DNA of 64,000 bases from Pedosphaera sp. (GCA_028293285.1 JAQGPC010000268.1:4024-68023); one strand, 5' to 3'; numbered from the stretch's first letter, positions 34,122 to 42,086 are shown. Program-made: numbers and translations. The notes: generated from the sequence alone by a model not told the origin.

Positions 34122-34669
34122 GGATGCAAGCGGCGGCCGATCAAGAGGTCGCAGATGGTCATGCTGAGTTCGAGCTCGCGACGGGTCTCAGCGATCAATT
34201 CTGCCAACAGCCGCCGTGGCTTACGCTCCGCGCCCGGCACCGACACCAGCGCGAGCATCTCGCTCTTCCAGAGGGTCATTGCCGCCGACTTCTTCTCGAA
34301 ATTGGGATTCAGCTTTGCCGCCCGGACATGGCGGAATCGCACAGCCTCGCCGTCGGCGATCGCCACCATAATGCCCCAGAATCGCGGCGCCAACCTCAGA
34401 GCTCGCCGCAAATTGCACTCTGTCGTGACCAGTGTGATTCGCCGAAACACTGCATTGTAATACACACCTTGAGCCGTAATCCTCTCGATTCGATCGGTCG
34501 CTCCCTTGATCTCGTAGCAATGCGCCTCTGAATGCAAAGTGACGACGTCGGCGATTGCCTTGCCGCTATGCACATGCAGTTCTTGGAGCACTGCCCGTGG
34601 TCGGCTCTTCTGTCGCTCGAGTTTGCGCAACAGAGCCTCGCGAATAGTGGCGTCATTCAGGTCCATCAT
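34094..34669 (-). CDS. PD-(D/E)xK nuclease-fold protein (sce7726/MmcB-like)
   Basis: 'LQELHVHSGKAIADVVTLHSEAHCYEIKGATD' gives the D41...E53-x-K55 arrangement of restriction-endonuclease-like folds. The gene is convergent with the Beta-family gene and overlaps it by 28 nt. Confidence 0.6.
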   Translation of the reverse strand: MMDLNDATIREALLRKLERQKSRPRAVLQELHVHSGKAIADVVTLHSEAHCYEIKGATDRIERITAQGVYYNAVFRRITLVTTECNLRRALRLAPRFWGIMVAIADGEAVRFRHVRAAKLNPNFEKKSAAMTLWKSEMLALVSVPGAERKPRRLLAELIAETRRELELSMTICDLLIGRRLHPQSFAPSTM

Positions 34670-34724
34670 TTTGTGAACGAGATATCAATGAAATGACCAC
34701 GGCTCAACGTGGAACTTCGCAACC

Positions 34725-34858
34725 TCATGCCTTAGAATAGAGTTCCGCTCCTGCCTCAGTAAATTCGCGGGATTTCTGCTCCATTCCTTTCTTCAGCGCC
34801 TTTCCTCGGCGATGCCTTGTTCGGCAGCGCATTTGCGGACATCTTCGGTAATTTTCAT
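34725..34858 (-). pseudogene. thiC: thiC 3'-terminal relic with frameshift
   Basis: The minus strand encodes 'MKITEDVRKCAAEQGIAEE' and then, after a 1-nt frame shift near 34800, 'ALKKGMEQKSREFTEAGAELYSKA*'. This resembles the ThiC C-terminus ('..CSMKIT.D.R.YA......GM...S.EF...G.E.Y'). There is no upstream ThiC body. Confidence 0.6.
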
Positions 34859-35062
34859 CAAGTCGAAATTATCATCCTCGGTGTCAATCTTGTAAAGGCA
34901 AACGTGAAGGTGGGGAACAAGGGAAGCAGATTGGTTGAGGCTGGGCTAGATTGTTCCCGGCAATGAATTGCCGAGCTATTTTCAGGCGCCCGCCAGGGCA
35001 AAAGACCAGAGTTCCCGCCGTTACCGGATTAGACTTAAACCATTCAGAACTGGTAATGAGTT

Positions 35063-35521
35063 TTACGGACGAGTCATTTGGAAGATGCCGTGGTCGTATT
35101 TGGAGGTGTAGGTGGAGAAGTAGTTGGTGGGGTTGGCGTGACCTTCGTAGTGATACAGGCCGCCGGCGAGCCAGCCTAAATCGGCTTTGCCGTTGAATTT
35201 GTATTCGCCTTTACCTGACTGCACTTGGAGCGGGATGGTGTAGCCGAAGGTGAGGACGGTGTGATATTTGGCCTTGAAACGGGCCTGGTAAAGGCCATCG
35301 CTTTGGCGGGTGATGAGGCAGCGGAGTTGGTCGGTGTGGCCGGAGGGTTCGCTTTTCCAGGTGCCTTGCCAGCGGCCCGAGAGGTCATCGGGCGGCGCGG
35401 GTTGGCGGGCGGCTTGTTTCCATTGGTGGTTGAAGGTGTGGCAGCCGGTGGCAAGGAACAGTAGCGGCAGAAATATTGCCAATAGGAGACGGCGGATCAT
35501 CCGGGTGCTGAAGGAGCGCAT
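35063..35521 (-). CDS. putative lipoprotein (hypothetical)
   Basis: The signal/lipobox 'LLLAIFLPLLFLATGC' runs from the ATG at 35521. A 3'-end paralogue relic lies at 18834-18935. The longer ORF start (35593) runs into repeat-like 'FVIRNSTFVI' sequence. Confidence 0.6.
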   Translation of the reverse strand: MRSFSTRMIRRLLLAIFLPLLFLATGCHTFNHQWKQAARQPAPPDDLSGRWQGTWKSEPSGHTDQLRCLITRQSDGLYQARFKAKYHTVLTFGYTIPLQVQSGKGEYKFNGKADLGWLAGGLYHYEGHANPTNYFSTYTSKYDHGIFQMTRP

Positions 35522-36162
35522 ACGAGGGAGGAGGATAATGGCGTAAATGACGAATGTCGAATTTCGAATGACGAAGGAAACGGCGGGGAACATTTAACCA
35601 CGAATGCACACTAACTGACACGAATGGGAAAGTGGAAGGAGACAATTGCGTGGACATCGAATGCGCTTTGATGGTGATCTTTGATATTTTATACGGCAAA
35701 TATGAATGCACGCTATTAACACGAATTAGAAGCAATGAAGACAAAATGGCCACAGGAAGGCACAGAATTCACAAAAAGAAGGAGATGGGCCGAAATTGAT
35801 ATGGGTGTTCACACTGTTTGCGCTAGTACGAGCTGGTACGACCTAGTGCGAGTAGATTTGAGTTGAAAAATTGGATATGGCTTGCGAATTGGTTGAAATG
35901 AGGCTGAATGATTAGTATATATGTAACTTGTTGAATTGAAGCAGATTATGGATATGCGTTGCATGAGATCCACGTAATACGTTTGTCGTTTAACCTAACT
36001 GAATGGAAATGCTGCAATTATCGTCAAAAAGATGGCCCGGAGGGCTGGCGCGGATGGCGAGGTCTGGTATACTGGATGCTGGTTAAGATTTGGCGAAAAT
36101 GAGAAGTTGACACCGTCCTTCGTTTTTGCTTACTTATCCCTCCCTTTTACGGGGAAAATTTT

Positions 36163-36474
36163 ATGTACGCTGTATTAGAAACTGGCAGTAAACAGTATCG
36201 TGTCACCGCAGGTGATACGCTGGAAATCGAACGGCTTGAAGTTGAAGCCGGTAAACCCTTCACTTTTGACCGGGTTCTGATGGTCGGCAACGAAGGCAAG
36301 TTCACCCTGGGCTCGCCGACGGTCGCCAAGGCCACGGTGACTGCCGATGTCATCGCGCATAAGCGCGGCGAAAAGAAGATCGCGTTCAAGATGAAGCGCC
36401 GTAAGGGCTATCATCGCACGGTCGGTCATCGCCAGGAACTCACGGTTATTAAAATCACAGAAATCAAGGCTTAG
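36163..36474 (+). CDS. rplU: 50S ribosomal protein L21
   Basis: 'MYAVLETGSKQYRVTAGDTLEIE' is canonical L21. Confidence 0.97.
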   Translation: MYAVLETGSKQYRVTAGDTLEIERLEVEAGKPFTFDRVLMVGNEGKFTLGSPTVAKATVTADVIAHKRGEKKIAFKMKRRKGYHRTVGHRQELTVIKITEIKA

Positions 36475-36477
36475 TAT

Positions 36478-36741
36478 ATGGCACACAAGAAAGGTCAAGG
36501 CAGTGTTCGTAACGGACGTGATAGCGTCAGCAAACGCCTCGGTGTGAAGCGTTTTGGCGGCGAATTGGTCACCGCCGGCAGCATCATCATCCGCCAGCGC
36601 GGGACGAAGTTCAGCGCCGGCCAGAATGTTGGCACCGGTCGCGACTTCACCCTGTTCGCGCTCGTGGACGGCAAAGTGTTTTTCGATAAGGACAGCAAGC
36701 GCGTCAACATTCAAGCAGTGGCAGCCCCGGCGACCAACTAA
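36478..36741 (+). CDS. rpmA: 50S ribosomal protein L27
   Basis: '[28 protein letters not shown]' is canonical L27. Confidence 0.97.
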   Translation: MAHKKGQGSVRNGRDSVSKRLGVKRFGGELVTAGSIIIRQRGTKFSAGQNVGTGRDFTLFALVDGKVFFDKDSKRVNIQAVAAPATN

Positions 36742-36762
36742 GGCGTCCTCACACAATTTCGC

Positions 36763-36789
36763 GGCGAGGTCTCTGGCCTCGCCTTTTTT
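36763..36789 (+). terminator. Rho-independent terminator after rpmA
   Basis: The stem is 'ggcgagg' (36763-36769) paired with 'cctcgcc' (36777-36783), with a 7-nt loop, followed by 'tttttt' (36784-36789). Confidence 0.7.
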
Positions 36790-36864
36790 GTTTATTAATG
36801 GCAGTTTGATTAGGTTCAAAATTTAGAGAATGGTTTGGGTTGGATTCCCTTCGTTCATCCGCTC

Positions 36865-38067
36865 ATGTTCATCGATGAAATAAAAGTTTATGCTAAGGCC
36901 GGTCACGGCGGCAAAGGCTGCGTGGCCTTCCACCGCGAGGCTTACATTACCAAGGGCGGACCGAGCGGGGGCAACGGCGGACGCGGCGGCAATGTCATCC
37001 TGCAAGCTGATCACGACCTGAATAATCTTATCGCCCAATATTATGTGCCGCGGCTTATCGCTGAAAGCGGTGAAGCGGGCATGGGCAAGGGGATGGATGG
37101 TCATGCGGGCAAGGATTTAATCATCAAGGTTCCGTGCGGGACGTTGGTTTGGAAATTGCCCACGCCGCCCGCGCCACCTGAACCCGAGGAAGGGGAGGAA
37201 GACGGCGAAGAGGCCGAGGAAAAGCAGGTATTGCCGTCCAGCACTAAAAAACGGCCGGTCATTCGCCATTCCGGAACCGAGCGAGCCTTGGAAATTAATC
37301 TGGCCGATGAACCGGAAGATGAACCGAAGCCTGGCGTCAAAGTGACCTATGAGGATGAGGAATTGGTCGCTGACCTGACGGAAGACGGGCAGCAATTTAT
37401 TTTGTGCAAAGGCGGTCGCGGTGGTTTGGGTAATCGTAATTTTGCCACGGCACGGCATCAGACACCGCGCTTCGCGCAACCCGGCGAACCGGGCACGGAA
37501 GGTGAATATCGGCTGGAGTTGCGCTTCATGGCCGAGGTGGGCCTTGTGGGTTATCCGAACGCTGGCAAGTCAACGTTGCTCACGGCCATTTCGCATGCCC
37601 GCCCGAAGATCGCCTCCTACCCATTCACGACGCTGCATCCGCAGATTGGCATTGTGGAATTTCCAGATTGGCATCGGTTGACGGTTTGCGATGTGCCGGG
37701 GTTGATTGAAGGGGCGCATAATAACGTTGGTTTGGGCCATGCGTTCCTGCGACACATTGAGCGGTGCAAGGTTTTGGTGCTCCTGCTCGATATGGCGGGG
37801 ACGGACAATCGCATGCCGTGGGATGATTACAATCAACTGCTCAGGGAATTGGAATTGTACGATCCGGCCCTGATAGAGAAACCGCGCCTGGTGGTCGCCA
37901 ATAAAATGGATGAACCGGTGGCGGAAGAAAATTTGAAGAAGTTCAAACGCAAGATCCGCAAAACTCCAATTTTGCTCATGTCCGCAGCCTTCGATGAGGG
38001 CGTCGATAAGTTCAAGCAGGCCATTCGCGAAGCAGTTCAGGCGGTTGAGAAAGAAGGGGAAAAGTAA
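36865..38067 (+). CDS. obg: GTPase Obg/CgtA with an acidic insertion
   Basis: 'MFIDEIKVYAKAGHGGKGCVAFHREAY' is the Obg fold. G-motifs are 'GYPNAGKST' and 'DVPGLIEGA', with 'NKMD' also present. There is a ~70-aa insert, 'TPPAPPEPEEGEEDGEEAEEK...'. Confidence 0.95.
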   Translation: MFIDEIKVYAKAGHGGKGCVAFHREAYITKGGPSGGNGGRGGNVILQADHDLNNLIAQYYVPRLIAESGEAGMGKGMDGHAGKDLIIKVPCGTLVWKLPTPPAPPEPEEGEEDGEEAEEKQVLPSSTKKRPVIRHSGTERALEINLADEPEDEPKPGVKVTYEDEELVADLTEDGQQFILCKGGRGGLGNRNFATARHQTPRFAQPGEPGTEGEYRLELRFMAEVGLVGYPNAGKSTLLTAISHARPKIASYPFTTLHPQIGIVEFPDWHRLTVCDVPGLIEGAHNNVGLGHAFLRHIERCKVLVLLLDMAGTDNRMPWDDYNQLLRELELYDPALIEKPRLVVANKMDEPVAEENLKKFKRKIRKTPILLMSAAFDEGVDKFKQAIREAVQAVEKEGEK

Positions 38068-38110
38068 ATTTTCCAGTGCGTGGCGTGTGTGTGACTAAAT
38101 AAAAATTTAT

Positions 38111-39214
38111 ATGCTTAAAGCTGGTATTGTCGGTCTTCCGAACGTCGGAAAATCCACCTTGTTCAACGCAGTGACCCGCACGCGCAAAGCTGAAGCGGCG
38201 AATTATCCTTTTTGCACCATTGACCCAAATGTGGGCATCGTCACGGTGCCGGATGAGCGGATGTATGTGCTGCAGAAGATTGCCAAGACAAACGTGGTCA
38301 TCCCGGCGGCGGTTGAGTTCGTGGATATCGCGGGACTGGTCAAGGGTGCATCGCAGGGTGAAGGATTGGGCAATAAGTTTCTGACGCATATTCGCGAAGT
38401 GGATGCCATCGTGCAGGTCGTACGTTGCTTCGAAGACCCGGACATCCATCATGTGGCCGGGGCGATTGATCCGGTGCGCGACATTGAAACGATTATTACG
38501 GAGCTAGTGCTGTCCGATTTGGAAGCGGTGAAGAAACGCATTGAAAAGGGAGCCAAAGACGCCAAGCGCGGCGACAAGGTGGCGATTGCAGAAGCCGAAG
38601 TGCTTAACAAACTCGAACCGCATCTTAATAACGGCAAACCGGCTATCACGCTCGATCTTACGCCCGAAGACAAAGTGATTGCCAAGGGCTTTTATCTACT
38701 GACCGATAAGCCGACCATTTTCGCGGCCAATGTGAAGGAATCCGATCTGGCCACAGCGGATACCAATCCGTATGTGCAGAAGGTGCGCGATTATGCCAAG
38801 AACCACATCGCTTGTGAGACGGTGGTCATCAGCGCGCAAATCGAGAGCGATTTGGTTGACCTTGCGCCGGAAGAAGCAAAGGAGTTTCTGAAGGAATTGG
38901 GCGTGCAAGAGTCGGGCATCGGCGCGCTCATTCGCAGCACTTATCATTTGCTGGGCTTGCGGACTTATTTCACGGCGGGCGAAAAGGAAGTGCGCGCCTG
39001 GACCATTCATGAAGGTGATACGGCACCGAAGGCTGCGGGAGTCATTCACAGTGACTTCGAACGTGGGTTCATTAAGGCTGAAACCGTAGCGTATGACGAT
39101 TTGGTCAAGTGCGGCTCGGTTGCGGCAGCGCGTGAAAAGGGTTTGTATCGCATGGAAGGCAAGGAATACGTCGTGAAAGACGGCGATGTATTATTGTTTA
39201 AATTCAACGTTTAA
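38111..39214 (+). CDS. ychF: redox-regulated ATPase YchF
   Basis: '[20 protein letters not shown]...[13 protein letters not shown]' plus the C-terminal TGS-like region '[27 protein letters not shown]'. Confidence 0.95.
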   Translation: MLKAGIVGLPNVGKSTLFNAVTRTRKAEAANYPFCTIDPNVGIVTVPDERMYVLQKIAKTNVVIPAAVEFVDIAGLVKGASQGEGLGNKFLTHIREVDAIVQVVRCFEDPDIHHVAGAIDPVRDIETIITELVLSDLEAVKKRIEKGAKDAKRGDKVAIAEAEVLNKLEPHLNNGKPAITLDLTPEDKVIAKGFYLLTDKPTIFAANVKESDLATADTNPYVQKVRDYAKNHIACETVVISAQIESDLVDLAPEEAKEFLKELGVQESGIGALIRSTYHLLGLRTYFTAGEKEVRAWTIHEGDTAPKAAGVIHSDFERGFIKAETVAYDDLVKCGSVAAAREKGLYRMEGKEYVVKDGDVLLFKFNV

Positions 39215-39318
39215 GAGTTGTTAACTCTTTGCCTTTTCCATCCCAAAGCCTGTGCGGTACGGACTTGCTGCATTGTGAGTCGTTGATTAATCTTCTTAAA
39301 GCATCAACCACCACCGTA

Positions 39319-40218
39319 ATGAAAAGATATTTTCTCAGCCTGCTCACCATCGCTTTAATGCTGTGCAGCGCATCGGCGCAGACGAATACCAACCACGTTG
39401 AATTTAAGCGCCAGGGAGATGTGATTTATGGCCGCAAGTTTGGCACCGCGCTGACCATGGATGTCTTTACACCCGCAAAGCCGAATGGTGCGGGAATTAT
39501 TTGGGTAGTGAGCGGTGGTTGGTATTCGGCCCATGAAGCGATTAATCCCCTAGTCTGCCAGACCTTTCTGGATCGGGGCTATACGGTATTTGCCGTGGTG
39601 CATGGTTCACAGCCGAAGTTTAGCATTCCGGAAGTTGTCCAGGACATGCACCGGGCGGTGCGCTTCATTCGTCATAATGCTGCAAAATATCACATTGACC
39701 CAAACAAACTGGGTGTCACCGGCGGCAGCGCGGGTGGACATCTTTCGCTGACATTAGGAACCAAGGGCAAGCCGGGCGCGAAGGATGCAGCAGACCCCAT
39801 TGATCGCGAAAGCAGTGCCGTGCAATGTGTCGCCTGTTTTTTTCCGCCGACAGATTTCTTGAACTACGGTAAACCGGGTGAAAATGCGATGGGTATAAAT
39901 GTTTTGCAGAATTACAAAGCCGCCTTTGGCCCGGAGTCGGACACCGAAGAAGGCCGCCAAAGATTGGGCCGTGAAATTTCACCGGTTTATTACATTACTT
40001 CCAACATGCCGCCCACGTTGATCATTCATGGCAATGCCGACACGCTGGTTCCCATTCAACAAGCTGAGATATTTGTAGAACGCAGCAAGGAAGTCGGCGC
40101 AGAAGCCAAGTTGATTGTCAAAGAAGGGCAAGGACACGGTTGGGCGGATTGGCTTACCAAGGACACGGAAGTTTGCGCGGATTGGTTTGATGAACATCTG
40201 CGCGGGATGAAGAAATAG
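39319..40218 (+). CDS. secreted alpha/beta hydrolase (esterase/lipase-like)
   Basis: The signal peptide runs from the ATG at 39319. The nucleophile elbow is 'GGSAGGHL', with 'HGNADTLVP' and 'GHGW' as the likely catalytic Asp and His regions. Confidence 0.8.
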   Translation: MKRYFLSLLTIALMLCSASAQTNTNHVEFKRQGDVIYGRKFGTALTMDVFTPAKPNGAGIIWVVSGGWYSAHEAINPLVCQTFLDRGYTVFAVVHGSQPKFSIPEVVQDMHRAVRFIRHNAAKYHIDPNKLGVTGGSAGGHLSLTLGTKGKPGAKDAADPIDRESSAVQCVACFFPPTDFLNYGKPGENAMGINVLQNYKAAFGPESDTEEGRQRLGREISPVYYITSNMPPTLIIHGNADTLVPIQQAEIFVERSKEVGAEAKLIVKEGQGHGWADWLTKDTEVCADWFDEHLRGMKK

Positions 40219-40279
40219 CACAGAACGGCCTGAAGGCGGAACTCCGGACAAATGAATGCTCCAAACTAAAATTAAAATC

Positions 40280-41182
40280 ATGAAAAGATTTTTTTCCTTA
40301 CTCGCCATCATCGCGTTAACACTGTCCAACGCGCCCGCGCAGGACAAACCTGATTTCAAACGCACAGAAGATGTCATTTACAGCCGCAAGTTCGGATCGG
40401 CGCTGACGTTGGATGTTTTTACGCCCACCAAGCCGAATGGCATCGGAATTCTCTGGATGGTGAGCGGCGGTTTCTTCTCGTCACATGAGGCAATTAATCC
40501 TAATGCGTATCGGCCCCTGCTGGAGCGTGGTTATACTATTTTTGCGGTCGTCCATGGCTCTCAGCCCAAATATACCATTTCCGAAATCGAAGTGGATGTC
40601 CATCGAGCTGTCCGCTTCGTGCGTCACAACGCCGCCAAATACGGGGTGGACCCGAAACGACTCGGCATTACCGGAAGCAGCGCGGGCGGGCATCTTTGCC
40701 TGACGATTGGAACCCAGGGCTGTGATGGTGATTCGAAGGCCAAAGACCCTATCAATCAGGAAAGCAGTGCCGTGCAATGCGTCGCCTGTTTTTATCCACC
40801 CACTGATTTTATGAATTGGAGCAAGGAAGGTGATGATGGCGTCGGCTTTGGCCCGACCATTCGGCATCAAGCTGCGTTCGGTCCGCGTTCCTATAACGCC
40901 GAGAGCCGGCAAGCTTTAGGAAAAGAAATTTCGCCTATTTATTTTGTGACCAAGAGCATGCCACCCACGCTGGTCATCCATGGGGATTCCGATCATGAGG
41001 TGCCGATTTATCAGGCGAAGATGTTTGAGAAACGCTGTCAGGAAGTTGGCGCACCTTACAAACTCACCATCAAACCGGGCAAAGACCATGGCTGGCCGGG
41101 AATGGAAGCGGACGTGCGCGTATTGGCTGATTGGTTCGATGAACATTTGCGCGATATCAAGCCGAAGGCGACGGCGCAATAA
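40280..41182 (+). CDS. secreted alpha/beta hydrolase, tandem paralogue
   Basis: Same architecture as the 39319 gene ('GSSAGGHL', 'HGDSDHEVP', 'DHGW') and colinear with it over the whole length. Confidence 0.8.
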   Translation: MKRFFSLLAIIALTLSNAPAQDKPDFKRTEDVIYSRKFGSALTLDVFTPTKPNGIGILWMVSGGFFSSHEAINPNAYRPLLERGYTIFAVVHGSQPKYTISEIEVDVHRAVRFVRHNAAKYGVDPKRLGITGSSAGGHLCLTIGTQGCDGDSKAKDPINQESSAVQCVACFYPPTDFMNWSKEGDDGVGFGPTIRHQAAFGPRSYNAESRQALGKEISPIYFVTKSMPPTLVIHGDSDHEVPIYQAKMFEKRCQEVGAPYKLTIKPGKDHGWPGMEADVRVLADWFDEHLRDIKPKATAQ

Positions 41183-41303
41183 CCGGTTAAGTCCAGTGCC
41201 AACGCCGGTTTAAAACGGAGATGGGACGAAAGAGCGCCCGGAGGGATTTGATTTTTGTGTTTCGATAAAGGAATCTACAGCCGTATAATAGTAAGCGTCT
41301 TTT

Positions 41304-41762
41304 ATGAAACCAATCGACGGTTATTTTCTCATCAAACCAGAAGACCTCTTTTGGAGACCATCAAATATGATGGAGATCCCCAATGCGGATTTTCTTGAGC
41401 GAACAAAGAGCGAGATTTTGGGAGCCAGAATGTGGCGACTTCCACCCAAGAGCGCCAACACGCTCCACCGACATCCCAAGATGGAAGAATTTTATTTTGT
41501 GATCGAAGGGGTCGGGCGCATTCGTATCGGAGACCAGACCCTGACGGTTCCAAAACATGGAGGAGTGCTGGTTGGGCCGGAACACTTGCGCCAGGTGTTC
41601 AATGATACAGATGCTGAGGTGCTTTGGCTTATCATCGGCGCCCCGGAGAAAGAGCTGGAGGAAGGTGAAACACTCGACCCGAAGCTGTTATATCCGGTGG
41701 ACCCAAAACAACTGCCCAAAGAATTGGATGGGGCTGCCTGGCCACCGAAGGGAGTTGATTGA
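41304..41762 (+). CDS. cupin domain protein
   Basis: 'HRHPKMEEFYFVIEGVGRIRIGDQ...VPKHGGVLVGPEHLRQVFN' matches the two cupin motifs. Confidence 0.75.
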   Translation: MKPIDGYFLIKPEDLFWRPSNMMEIPNADFLERTKSEILGARMWRLPPKSANTLHRHPKMEEFYFVIEGVGRIRIGDQTLTVPKHGGVLVGPEHLRQVFNDTDAEVLWLIIGAPEKELEEGETLDPKLLYPVDPKQLPKELDGAAWPPKGVD

Positions 41763-41828
41763 CTTGTGAAGAATTGACCGATGACAAGTCTGGCTTGAGG
41801 TTTTCGGGTCAATCACTATTATAACTGC

Positions 41829-42056
41829 ATGCCGATCTACGAATTTCATTGCGAGAAGTGCAATAAAGACAGCGAAATTTTGGTGCGTTCCAGCAATTGG
41901 GAAGGAACGAAGTGCCCGCTTTGTGGTTCAACCAAGCTGTCGAAGAAACTCTCCGTATTTGCCTCAAGCGCGAGCGGCAACGAATCCGCGCCGAGTTGCA
42001 GCGGAGTTCCCAGTTCCTGCGGCCGGTGCGGAACGGGTAAGCCCCATTCGCACTGA
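41829..42056 (+). CDS. FmdB-family zinc-ribbon protein
   Basis: 'MPIYEFHCEKCNKDSE...KCPLCGS' is the CxxC...CxxC regulatory zinc ribbon. Confidence 0.8.
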   Translation: MPIYEFHCEKCNKDSEILVRSSNWEGTKCPLCGSTKLSKKLSVFASSASGNESAPSCSGVPSSCGRCGTGKPHSH

Positions 42057-42086
42057 CCAGTGGGAACTGCATTTCGCGGCAATCGC

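Noticed and set aside
30972-34926. An imperfect direct repeat (30972-30990 and 34904-34926) considered as att sites of the five-gene island.
   Set aside because: Only a 9-nt exact core ('ggggaacaa') is shared, with gapped flanks. A match of that size between two ~400-nt regions is roughly as likely as not by chance. I mention it only as a weak hint in the island-boundary finding.
35385-35753. A 122-aa minus-strand ORF upstream of the lipoprotein gene.
   Set aside because: Its translation ('LLIRVNSVHS', 'VSVHSWLN') is what REP-like 'cacgaat' repeats produce. It overlaps the lipoprotein gene's N-terminus out of frame.
36100-36162. A possible rplU promoter or L21-leader-type regulatory RNA ('TTGACA' at about 36107).
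   Set aside because: The -10 candidate is poor, and I could not identify a conserved leader structure by eye. The known L21 leader is, to my knowledge, restricted to Firmicutes.
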